Shown one piece after another: positions 8,722 to 17,721 of a DNA stretch of 25,861 nt (its first letter is position 1; each line of letters starts with the position of its first letter). The notes beneath the pieces were generated by a model. That model had not been told where the DNA came from and did no database searches. It was given only the letters and a program-made list of their open reading frames with translations. The stretch lies in assembly GCA_964481805.1 (NCBI GenBank), contig CAYZVE010000001.1:13192-39052 (forward strand), given 5' to 3'. The stretch comes from an uncultured archaeon (lineage in GTDB: Archaea > Aenigmatarchaeota > Aenigmatarchaeia > CG10238-14). The position numbers and the translations under genes were made by a program.

Positions 8722-8765
8722 TTCTTCACTAATAAATTATTATCTTCTTAAAAGAAATATTTATT

Positions 8766-10064
8766 ATGAAATCCGTTTATGTCCCATGGCTACATATGCA
8801 TCAACCATTAGTTTGGCGAGGAGACGAATTAATTGGAAACCTTGAAAAGATGCTGGGTTCAGAGGACCAAAAAGAATCATGGGAAGCAAAGATAATGTTA
8901 AGATCATATAAAAATCCAGTCAAATATGTCGAAAATTTAAGAAAAGAACGATACCCTGCCAAAATTATGCTTGACTTTTCGGGATTATTATTGGAGAGTA
9001 TTGAAAAAATTAAAAAAAGACTTGAAAAAATGGATGTAGATGGTGAAAAAATTGGGAATATAATCAAGCTTTACAAAGATGTTATGCATAAATATCCAGA
9101 GTCGATTGAATTTGCAGGTACAGCTTATTCTCATTGTTACTTCCCTATTACCCCAGAAAGAGACTGGGAATACCAAATAGAGGAATGGAGAAATGTGTTT
9201 GAAAAATTATTTGGGAAAGGAAACTTGAAGAACGTTAAGGGTTTTTGGCTTCCTGAAATGGGGATACCTGGAGATGATGGTAAACTTTCTTATCTCATTA
9301 AATTACTTAAGAATTCTGGTTATGAGTGGTTAATTTTACCAACAGAAGCTTTGAAAAATGAAAAACAAATGAGTTTTGAAGAGAGAGTAATAAAAACAAG
9401 CCAACCACATTTATTAAAAACTAATACCGAATCAATCCCTGTTATATTCAGGATAAGATATGATTTCATTGATCAGCAAGCTGGCTGTGACGCAAAAGGT
9501 GTCTATGAAAAATCTCTGTTAGCTGCAAGTATTTTTGGAAAGATCAGTAATAAACCAGCTTTAGTTGTTCCTGCTTCTGATGGAGAAAATGGCAATGTTA
9601 TGATGAATGAATTTTTCCCTTCAACTTTTGAGAGATTCTTCAAAGAACAAATTAATGATGATGTTTCTTCCATGACTGTCACAGAATTCCTGAAGAATTA
9701 TTACCAAAAAATAGATTCTGAAATTAAAATAACAGAAGAAGGTAGTTCATGGATCGGTAGCCATAAAAATTGGCAAGAAGGTGACGAAAGGATTAAAATC
9801 AACAAAAAAATCTCCCAACTGAGTCAAAGGCTTGATGTAATTGGAGAGAATTTGAAAAAGCTTAAATCGGATAGAAAAATTAAAGAAAAATATGAATATG
9901 TAAAAAACCATTTATTGATTGCAGAAACGAGTTGTTACACCTATTGGGGAGTTGATTTTTGGTTTGACCAGGCAAGAAAATTAATAAAATTACTTGAAAA
10001 AGAGATGGATGAGTTGAATTATTTATTTGATAGGAACCTTTATTTTAAGGCAAAACAAAATTGA
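8766..10064 (+). CDS. GH57 family glycoside hydrolase 2
   Basis: LHMHQP, GFWLPEM, SDGEN and AETSCYTYW match the GH57 conserved regions. Confidence 0.85.
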   Translation: MKSVYVPWLHMHQPLVWRGDELIGNLEKMLGSEDQKESWEAKIMLRSYKNPVKYVENLRKERYPAKIMLDFSGLLLESIEKIKKRLEKMDVDGEKIGNIIKLYKDVMHKYPESIEFAGTAYSHCYFPITPERDWEYQIEEWRNVFEKLFGKGNLKNVKGFWLPEMGIPGDDGKLSYLIKLLKNSGYEWLILPTEALKNEKQMSFEERVIKTSQPHLLKTNTESIPVIFRIRYDFIDQQAGCDAKGVYEKSLLAASIFGKISNKPALVVPASDGENGNVMMNEFFPSTFERFFKEQINDDVSSMTVTEFLKNYYQKIDSEIKITEEGSSWIGSHKNWQEGDERIKINKKISQLSQRLDVIGENLKKLKSDRKIKEKYEYVKNHLLIAETSCYTYWGVDFWFDQARKLIKLLEKEMDELNYLFDRNLYFKAKQN

Positions 10065-10077
10065 TAATAACAAATTA

Positions 10078-11262
10078 ATGGAGGGAATTGAAATCAGAAT
10101 TGCTCATTTTTCATGGGAATCTCTTCATTCCATTCATGTAGGTGGAATATCTCCTGTAGTTACTGAACTTGCTGCCGCTCAAGAAAGGATGGGGCATGAA
10201 GTTCATGTATTTACGAGAATTGGTCCTGGGCAAAAAGAATATGAAAAAATTGATGGTGTGCATTATCATAGATGCCCATTTGCATTCAGCCCAGATTTAT
10301 TCCAGGAAATGCATAATATGTGCAAGTCAATGTCAAAGGCGTTCTCTGGTTGTGAAGATTTTTCTGGGAAATTTGATATTGTTCATGGCCATGATTGGCA
10401 TGTTGTCCCAGCATTGGATGAAATTAAAAAAGCAAGGAATAAAAAAATTATCTGGACATGCCATTCAAGCCAATTTGGGAGGGATGGTAATAAATTTTAC
10501 AATGGAGCTGCTGAATCTATTCGTGGTTTAGAGTGGTATGGAACATACATTACAAATATAGTCACCACATGCACAAATACAATGAAAAAAGAGGTTCAAT
10601 GGTTGAATAGGGTCCCTGAAGAAAAAATGAAAGTGGTTAACAATGGGATAAACCCATATTCATATAATAATCATGTTGATATCGGAAAAGTGAAAGAAAG
10701 TTTAGGTATAGGTGTCATGGACCCAACTGTCCTTTTCATCGGAAGAATTACTCATATGAAAGGCCCTGACATCCTAATTGAAAGTATACCTACAGTTTTA
10801 AAAGATTACCCAAATGCTAAATTCATTTTTGTTGGTACTGGTGATATGAAAAGCTATTTGAAAACCAGAATTAACCAACTTGGTATAAATAATGCTGTAA
10901 AATTCACTGGTTGGATATCTGATGAAAGAAGAAGAGAAGAATTACTTAAGGCATCAGACGTCATTTGTGATCCAAGCAGGAACCAACCATTTGGTATGAT
11001 TATATTAGAAAGCTGGGCGTCTAATAAACCAGTTATTGCAGTTCATGGGACAGGTTCTGGTGAATTGGTAACGCATGATGTAAATGGGCTTAAAATTTAT
11101 GAAAACCCTGATTCAGTGTCATGGGGCATCAAAAATATTTTTTCTGATTTTGATAAATCCAGATGGATGGGAAATAATGGGAGAAAGGAAACAGAGGGAA
11201 GATTTGCATGGGAAAATATAGCTAAACAAATGTTATCTGTTTATGAGGATGCGTTAAAATGA
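10078..11262 (+). CDS. GT4 (GT-B) glycosyltransferase, glycogen-synthase-like, with E->Q in the EX7E motif
   Basis: SWESLHSIHVGG, HGHDWH, GRITHMKGPD, PSRNQPFGMIILE. ATG 10078 follows the upstream stop at 10064 (track start 10027 overlaps the previous gene). Confidence 0.9.
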   Translation: MEGIEIRIAHFSWESLHSIHVGGISPVVTELAAAQERMGHEVHVFTRIGPGQKEYEKIDGVHYHRCPFAFSPDLFQEMHNMCKSMSKAFSGCEDFSGKFDIVHGHDWHVVPALDEIKKARNKKIIWTCHSSQFGRDGNKFYNGAAESIRGLEWYGTYITNIVTTCTNTMKKEVQWLNRVPEEKMKVVNNGINPYSYNNHVDIGKVKESLGIGVMDPTVLFIGRITHMKGPDILIESIPTVLKDYPNAKFIFVGTGDMKSYLKTRINQLGINNAVKFTGWISDERRREELLKASDVICDPSRNQPFGMIILESWASNKPVIAVHGTGSGELVTHDVNGLKIYENPDSVSWGIKNIFSDFDKSRWMGNNGRKETEGRFAWENIAKQMLSVYEDALK

Positions 11263-11477
11263 AATGCTGGTTCTGTGATAAGGAAGCAAGAGGTGTCTGT
11301 ATATTCTGCGGGAGAGGAGTCTGTCATGAACATGCAAACAAAGATGAAATAACCCATGCAAAATCGGACACTTCAACAGGCTACACTACTTATTTCAAAG
11401 TTCAAAATGCACTGAAATGTTCAGATTGCAAGGGAATTTGGGAAAACTGGGAAAGGGGAAAAATGATTTTAAAATAG
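11259..11477 (+). CDS. Small Cys/His-rich putative zinc-finger protein (72 aa)
   Basis: CWFC-x7-CIFC-x4-CHEH plus a distal CSDC; ATGA overlap with the GT4 stop suggests translational coupling. Confidence 0.8.
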   Translation: MKCWFCDKEARGVCIFCGRGVCHEHANKDEITHAKSDTSTGYTTYFKVQNALKCSDCKGIWENWERGKMILK

Positions 11478-12533
11478 TTTCAGGAATTTTCCTGAGATAA
11501 GAAACATAACATGGGACCATGCCAAAGGTGAAACTGAAACCTGGACATTATTTTCAAAAATTTGTTCTGGGATGTAATCTTCCACTTTATCAACAACCCA
11601 GAAAAAATAATCTTTGGCCTTCTTTTTATCTCCAAAAATAGAAAAGTATATCGATGCCCAAAAATTCAAAAGTGGCCATGCACCAGCCCCTTTCTTTCTG
11701 TGAAAACCTTCATACATCCAGCCATCATATTCATCATGCTCATACCTGTGCATTCCACCATTTTTTACCAATTTATTCTCTATCTCTTTTACCGTAGAAA
11801 TCATCATAGGGTCATTTGCACCTATTGTATTAAATGGGTAAATTAACCCGAACATAGATGCATCAATCCTTTCATCACTTAAAATGCCATGAGACCTGAC
11901 AAAAAATTTCCCATTATAATGTTTTTTAAGAATTTCTTTCATTTGGTTGGATGTTTCAAGCCATTTAGGATTCTCTATGATTTCATTTGCCAGTTCCAAA
12001 CCTTTTGAACAGGCTGCAAGATCATACGTGAAATTATCCTTCAAATCAGGGAATGTATGCCTCTCTTCCCATAAATCATTTGTTATTAATTTGAAATGGC
12101 CCTTATTCCAATTATTACATAAACCATCTGCTGTCTTCGTGATTAATTCTTCAAACTCAAATGCCCTGGATAATTTTTTTTGGTAATGGTGATGAATTGC
12201 AAAAAGTATTGAACCTCCCTGATCTGGCTGAAATCTTGTTTCGGCTTTCAATCCATTTGGAAAATATTTTTCAAAAAATAACCCTTTCCTTCTGAACCCT
12301 TCCGCTCTGTTCAAGCACCATTCAAAAAAATTTTCTTGGATTTTTTTAATTCCAAAAAGATCTGCAGATATACAGACAAAAGATGCATCCCTTGGCCAGA
12401 CATAAAAATAATGTTTTGCTTCTGATGGATAATATTTTTTTGTTGAGTTGGCAGCTACTATTGATCCATTATCTAAGCAACAATCTTTTATAATTTCAAT
12501 GCTTCTTTTTTTCAATTGTCGTATTTTTTTCAT
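11469..12533 (-). CDS. GH15 glucoamylase/trehalase-like hydrolase
   Basis: YVWPRDAS, DLWEE (acid), IPEQ (base), PLAWSH; no signal peptide; ATGA overlap with PfkB-2. Confidence 0.9.
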   Translation of the reverse strand: MKKIRQLKKRSIEIIKDCCLDNGSIVAANSTKKYYPSEAKHYFYVWPRDASFVCISADLFGIKKIQENFFEWCLNRAEGFRRKGLFFEKYFPNGLKAETRFQPDQGGSILFAIHHHYQKKLSRAFEFEELITKTADGLCNNWNKGHFKLITNDLWEERHTFPDLKDNFTYDLAACSKGLELANEIIENPKWLETSNQMKEILKKHYNGKFFVRSHGILSDERIDASMFGLIYPFNTIGANDPMMISTVKEIENKLVKNGGMHRYEHDEYDGWMYEGFHRKKGAGAWPLLNFWASIYFSIFGDKKKAKDYFFWVVDKVEDYIPEQIFENNVQVSVSPLAWSHVMFLISGKFLKLF

Positions 12534-13462
12534 ATTTCCCCTTTATCTATGAAGTTTTTAACCTCTTTGTATGTCGGATATCTTTCTAATCCAAATTTAG
12601 TTATTGACATAGCCGCAGCCGCATTAGCAAACAAAGCTGCTTCTTCATTTGATTCTCCCATTAAAGATTTTTTGATTAATGCGGCAAGAAATACATCACC
12701 AGCTCCTGTTGTATTTATTGGGTTTACGGGAAATGATCTTATTAATTGGCTTTTATTTTTATTTGCCAATAAACATCCATCTTCTCCAAGTTTCAGGCAA
12801 ACATTTTTAGGCCCAAACATTAATAATTTAACTGCAATTAAATTTGGATTTTCAGTAAATGCTATAGATTTTCCCTCTTCTAAATCAGGGAAGAACCAGT
12901 CTGTCATTTTTAGTACCTCAAGTAAATCTTTTAATCTATCTGGAGTCCAACCATCAGGATCCCAATTAGGATCAAGTGCTGTTTTCATATCTTTATCTTG
13001 TGCGTATTCAAACAAATTTCTGACGCTGCCTCTTAGGCTGTTTAATAAATTAAATCCAGATAAAACAAATACCTTGCCAACTATTTGTTCTATAGAAAAA
13101 TCTTTGGTTGATAATGTATCGTTTGTACCTTTAAAAGTAATAAATGATCTGTAATTTTGAATGGATAATGCAAAAGTTATACCCGTCATTTCATTATTTG
13201 AAATTTTTATTTTTCTATCCACACCAACATTTTTTAATGTATTTAAAATTAAAGGTGAAAATACATCATTCCCTATCTTACCCATTAATCTTGTTTTCAG
13301 CCCCAATCTTGCACAAGCTATGGCTGTATTACAAGCAGAACCTCCTGTGTTAATGTCAATATAAGGTACAACACATTGTTTGTTTTTTTCTGGCAATTTA
13401 TCAAACTTGTATGTTATCATATCTACATTTATATCTCCAAGAACAGTAACATCAATTGCCAT
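12530..13462 (-). CDS. PfkB/ribokinase-family sugar kinase 2 (candidate glucose/hexose kinase)
   Basis: GGSACNTAIACARLG and NTTGAGDVF signatures; lies between the phosphohexomutase and GH15. Confidence 0.9.
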   Translation of the reverse strand: MAIDVTVLGDINVDMITYKFDKLPEKNKQCVVPYIDINTGGSACNTAIACARLGLKTRLMGKIGNDVFSPLILNTLKNVGVDRKIKISNNEMTGITFALSIQNYRSFITFKGTNDTLSTKDFSIEQIVGKVFVLSGFNLLNSLRGSVRNLFEYAQDKDMKTALDPNWDPDGWTPDRLKDLLEVLKMTDWFFPDLEEGKSIAFTENPNLIAVKLLMFGPKNVCLKLGEDGCLLANKNKSQLIRSFPVNPINTTGAGDVFLAALIKKSLMGESNEEAALFANAAAAMSITKFGLERYPTYKEVKNFIDKGEI

Positions 13463-13464
13463 AA

Positions 13465-14817
13465 TTAAATTATCGGAATTTGTCTATTTAACTCTTTTAA
13501 AATTATATCCCTTATTTGGTTCAATTTTTCTTTGGTTATAGCTTCAAATCTTGCAGATAATTCTGGTTCTGTATTTGAAGCCCTTATCAAACCCCAGCCG
13601 TCTTTGAATTCTATCCTGACACCATCTATTGTAACCAGTTTATATCCTTGGTATTTTAAAGTTCTCTTAATCCTTTCAATAACTTTGTATTTCTTTTCAT
13701 CAGGGCATGGTATTCTTTCCTCTTGAGTGGACTGGTATTTTAAGAATGGTTTGACCAAATCAGAAAGTTTTTCTTTTTCTTTTGTTAGATGTTCAATAAA
13801 TTTTAACGCGGCAAATATACCATCTTCATAATAATTATTTTCGGTAAAGTAAAAATGCCCGCTTAACTCCCCCCCTAAAAGAGATTTTATCTTTTTCATT
13901 TTAGTTACTATATTCGGATAGCCCACCTTACTCATTATTGGGATTCCACCATTTTCTTTAACATATTCAATAAACATTCTAGAAAATTTTACTTCATGGA
14001 CAATTTTGGGTTTCTTATAGTTTTCTAACATGTGTTTGGCAAAGAATATCATTGCTATATCGCTTCTAATTACATTTCCTTTCTCATCGATAAAGGCTAC
14101 CCTATCTCCATCATTATCAAATGCTATTCCAATATCAGATTTTGTCTTAATGACTTTTTTCTTGAGGTCAATTAATGTTTCTTCCATGGAAGGGTTTGGT
14201 ATATGGTTAGGAAATCTTCCGTCCAATTTGCAGTAAAGTTCTTTAACGTCACATCCCATGTCATTCAGGAGTCTAGGCACAATTTCTCCACAATTTCCGT
14301 TGCCGGCGTCAACAACAATCTTCATTTTTTTCTCAAATTTTACTTTACTTTTAACGAATTCCAGATACTCATTAACTATATTTTCTTCCTCTAAATTTCC
14401 CTCCTTCCTTTTAATAAATTTCCTTTCCTTTATCAATTTCTTCATTTTTAAAGTAGTTTTATAATGAAAAGGAATTGCATTTTTATTCCTAAACTTAAAA
14501 CCGTTATATTCTGGGGGGTTATGAGAAGCCGTTATCATAACTCCAGCATCCATTTTGTGATGGTATACTGCAAAATACAAGAGCGGGCTAGGAACCACCC
14601 CTATATCTGTGACATTGCAGCCAGTCGATCTTAATCCAGAGATAAGGCCTTCTTTTATATCTTTACTGCTTAATCTTACATCCATGCCAACAGAAACCGA
14701 TTTTTTTCCTTTTAGAATAGTTCCAAATGCAGCACCAACATTCTCTGCATCACTAATCAAAAAATCCTTGCCAACCACCCCTCTTATATCATATTTTCTG
14801 AAAATTGTGCCTTTCAT
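13465..14817 (-). CDS. pgm: Phosphoglucomutase/phosphomannomutase
   Basis: FRKYDIRG, phospho-Ser TASHNP, metal loop DNDGDR, GELSGH, RASNTEP. Confidence 0.95.
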   Translation of the reverse strand: MKGTIFRKYDIRGVVGKDFLISDAENVGAAFGTILKGKKSVSVGMDVRLSSKDIKEGLISGLRSTGCNVTDIGVVPSPLLYFAVYHHKMDAGVMITASHNPPEYNGFKFRNKNAIPFHYKTTLKMKKLIKERKFIKRKEGNLEEENIVNEYLEFVKSKVKFEKKMKIVVDAGNGNCGEIVPRLLNDMGCDVKELYCKLDGRFPNHIPNPSMEETLIDLKKKVIKTKSDIGIAFDNDGDRVAFIDEKGNVIRSDIAMIFFAKHMLENYKKPKIVHEVKFSRMFIEYVKENGGIPIMSKVGYPNIVTKMKKIKSLLGGELSGHFYFTENNYYEDGIFAALKFIEHLTKEKEKLSDLVKPFLKYQSTQEERIPCPDEKKYKVIERIKRTLKYQGYKLVTIDGVRIEFKDGWGLIRASNTEPELSARFEAITKEKLNQIRDIILKELNRQIPII

Positions 14818-14853
14818 TTAATTATCAATAGAAATTTTGAAAAGAAATACGTT

Positions 14854-14863
14854 AAGTTTATCT
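14854..14863 (+). promoter_or_regulatory. Candidate BRE/TATA element for the GT3-galT-debrancher operon
   Basis: AAGTTTATCT, identical to the ppsA upstream element and at nearly the same distance from the ATG. Confidence 0.45.
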
Positions 14864-14888
14864 GAGACGAAAGCTATAATATCTCTAT

Positions 14889-16736
14889 ATGATAGAAAAG
14901 GGTCCTGAAACCTGTTTTGAGGTTTCATTTGAATGCGGGAATAAGGTTGGCGGTATATATACAATTCTCCAATCAAAAAGTGAGGAGATGAAAAAAAAAT
15001 ATGGGGAGAATTACTGGACAATAGGCTTCTTTAATCCTAAAACATATCTAGACAATTTTGAGGATATGAAGCCTTCAAAAGAACTGGAAAAAGTTTTTAT
15101 TGAATTGGAAAAAGAGGGTATCAAGTGCTACTATGGAAAGTGGTTCCAGGCGAATGATGTCAATTTGATTCTGATAGATCCCAAGGAATTCAGGGAGAAA
15201 AAAGTTAATGAAATCAAAAAACACCTTTGGGACAATTATAATATAGATTCATTAGATGTCGGCTTTGATTTTGATGAACCAATTTCTTGGAGTTATGCAA
15301 GTGGGATGTTAATAGAAAAAATGTCATATATGAATGAATTCAAAACTAAGAGGATAGCTGCTCATTTTCATGAATGGCTATCTGGAGTGGGATTACTTTA
15401 TTTAAGAAAAAAAAATCTTCCGATAGGCCTAGTTTTTACGACTCATGCAACTAGAATAGGCAGGGCGAAATCCAATAATGGAGAAAATCTGATGAAAGAA
15501 ATTACTGAAAATCTTAGGAGTGGAAAACAGTTTGATGATAAGGAAGCCTACAAATATAAGCTTCAGGCCCAACATATGGTAGAATTGAATTCAGCAAAAT
15601 ATGCAGATATTTTTACAACTGTAAGCAATATTGTTAAAGAAGAGGCTAAATATTTTCTAAAAAGAACGCCAGAAATTGTTGTCCCAAATGCATTAGATTT
15701 ATCAGATCCATCAGATTTATATACAACTAGAACATTAACAATTCTTCATGAAAAATACAGGGATAAAATAAATAGATTCTTGGAGGCTTATTTCTCGCCA
15801 TATTATTCAATGAAAATGAAGGATAATCTGGTCATTTTTATTTCTGGAAGATATGAATTCCTGAATAAAGGAATTGACTATTTTATTAATTCCCTAAAAC
15901 TTCTCAATGAGAAACTTAAAAAAGGAAAATGTGAAAAAACGGTATTTGCTTTTATCTTAATACCATCTGGAATCAAAGGTCCAAAAAATAGTATTCTAGA
16001 AAATATGGTTCAATACCAAAAAATGATGGATTTGGCAGGGGAAAAATTATTAGATATACCGCATGATGTTGTATCAGAGATGCTCTATAATAAGAAAATA
16101 GATATCGAGAAAATATTAGGTAAAGATTTTTTCATGAAAATGAGAGTTTTATCAAATTTCGTCCTTAAATTTCGGGGTAAAAATCCGCCTTTATGTGCCT
16201 ATGATTTGGATTATAATGAAAATACAGACGCGATATTGAATAAACTCAAAGAATTGGGATTGACAAATAATGAAGCAGATAAGGTGAAGGTAATATTTTA
16301 TCCAACATATCTTTCCTCATCTGATGGTCTGCTAGGAATGGAGTATAACGATTTTGCAATCGGTTCTTCTGTTGGAGTTTTTCCTTCGAGATATGAGCCT
16401 TGGGGATATACGCCATTTGAAACAGCCGTATTAAGGACATTAACAATAACTACAGATGTTGCTGGTTTTGGGGACTTCATCCTTAAAAATGTTCCTAAAA
16501 AGAATCCAATAAAAGTTTTGCATGTTATGAATAGAACAGAGGAAGAAGTTTCAAATGAATTGGCTGATGCGTTAGAATTCTTTGTATTTGTTGGAAAAGA
16601 GGAAAGAACCAGGCTTAAAATCAGAACAAGGGAAGCAGTAGATATTTTAGATTGGGAAATCCAAGCAGTTAATTATTTCAACTCTCATAATCTTTCAATT
16701 AAAAAAATGTTAGAAAGGGTTAAAAAAAATGGGTGA
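14889..16736 (+). CDS. GT3 family glycogen synthase (fungal/animal/Bacteroidetes type)
   Basis: FEVSFECGNKVGGIYT, HEWLSG, FTTHAT, GRYEFLNKG, FPSRYEPWGYTP. Confidence 0.93.
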   Translation: MIEKGPETCFEVSFECGNKVGGIYTILQSKSEEMKKKYGENYWTIGFFNPKTYLDNFEDMKPSKELEKVFIELEKEGIKCYYGKWFQANDVNLILIDPKEFREKKVNEIKKHLWDNYNIDSLDVGFDFDEPISWSYASGMLIEKMSYMNEFKTKRIAAHFHEWLSGVGLLYLRKKNLPIGLVFTTHATRIGRAKSNNGENLMKEITENLRSGKQFDDKEAYKYKLQAQHMVELNSAKYADIFTTVSNIVKEEAKYFLKRTPEIVVPNALDLSDPSDLYTTRTLTILHEKYRDKINRFLEAYFSPYYSMKMKDNLVIFISGRYEFLNKGIDYFINSLKLLNEKLKKGKCEKTVFAFILIPSGIKGPKNSILENMVQYQKMMDLAGEKLLDIPHDVVSEMLYNKKIDIEKILGKDFFMKMRVLSNFVLKFRGKNPPLCAYDLDYNENTDAILNKLKELGLTNNEADKVKVIFYPTYLSSSDGLLGMEYNDFAIGSSVGVFPSRYEPWGYTPFETAVLRTLTITTDVAGFGDFILKNVPKKNPIKVLHVMNRTEEEVSNELADALEFFVFVGKEERTRLKIRTREAVDILDWEIQAVNYFNSHNLSIKKMLERVKKNG

Positions 16737-17721
16737 AATTAGAAAGGATTATCTTTTGGATAGATGGGTAATAATTTCTGAAAATAGGAAATTTAGACCA
16801 CAATTAGAAAAAAAAATAGAGGAAAAAGGACCTAAAAACTCAAAAGATTGTGTGTTCTGTCCAGGAAATGAAGGGATGTGCCAAGGAGCAGTTATAGAAA
16901 AGCCATCTGGAAAAAACTGGAAAATAAGAGCGGTTGAAAATAGATACCCTGCTGTTACTAAGAATATAGGATTTGAAGAGAATTTTGAGAGGCTGATCAA
17001 TAAAAAAACTAGTTATGGTTCTCATTATTTGATAATAGACGTTCCACAACACAATCTTCATCCTGGTTTTTATGACAAGGATCAATGGAAACTTTGGTTT
17101 GAAACAATAAAAGATATTTTTAACAAGGAAGCTGCAGATGAAAATATTCAATATATTTTGGCTTTCAAGAATCATGGGATTGAAGCAGGAGCTTCTCAAC
17201 CACATCCACATTCACAAATAATATCTTTGCCTGCCGTTCCGCTCTTGATAAATGAAGAAATGTCGGCGGCTGATGATTATTATACTTTTGAGGGAAAATG
17301 CATTTTCTGTGAAATCATCAAAATGGAGAGTGAATTCAAAAAAAGGGTTGTTTTTGAGAATGAGCATGTTATAGCATTCTGCCCCTACGCACCTTTATGG
17401 CCGTTTGAAGTATGGATATTTCCAAAGGAACATAACCCCTCTATACAGATGCCAAGAAAATCTGAAGATGAGATACTTGCAGCTCTTGGTATAGTGCTTA
17501 AGACCTATTATAAAGTTTTGGACGACCCGCCATTTAATTTCTATTTTCATACAGCATATTTAAGAATGAGAGACCATGTGGCTCAGAAATATCATTTTCA
17601 CATAGAAATCAACCCAAGATTAGAGAAAGATGCCGGATTTGAGCTTGGGGCTGGAATGAATATAACCACTATTTCTCCAGAGGACGCTGCAAAAATTTTG
17701 AGGGAAAATCTTGAAAAATAA
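16729..17721 (+). CDS. galT: GalT-family (HIT superfamily) hexose-1-phosphate nucleotidyltransferase
   Basis: ELR-like start (EIRKDYL), Zn motifs CVFCPGNE and CIFC, catalytic GASQPHPHSQ; 8-bp overlap with GT3. Confidence 0.92.
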   Translation: MGEIRKDYLLDRWVIISENRKFRPQLEKKIEEKGPKNSKDCVFCPGNEGMCQGAVIEKPSGKNWKIRAVENRYPAVTKNIGFEENFERLINKKTSYGSHYLIIDVPQHNLHPGFYDKDQWKLWFETIKDIFNKEAADENIQYILAFKNHGIEAGASQPHPHSQIISLPAVPLLINEEMSAADDYYTFEGKCIFCEIIKMESEFKKRVVFENEHVIAFCPYAPLWPFEVWIFPKEHNPSIQMPRKSEDEILAALGIVLKTYYKVLDDPPFNFYFHTAYLRMRDHVAQKYHFHIEINPRLEKDAGFELGAGMNITTISPEDAAKILRENLEK

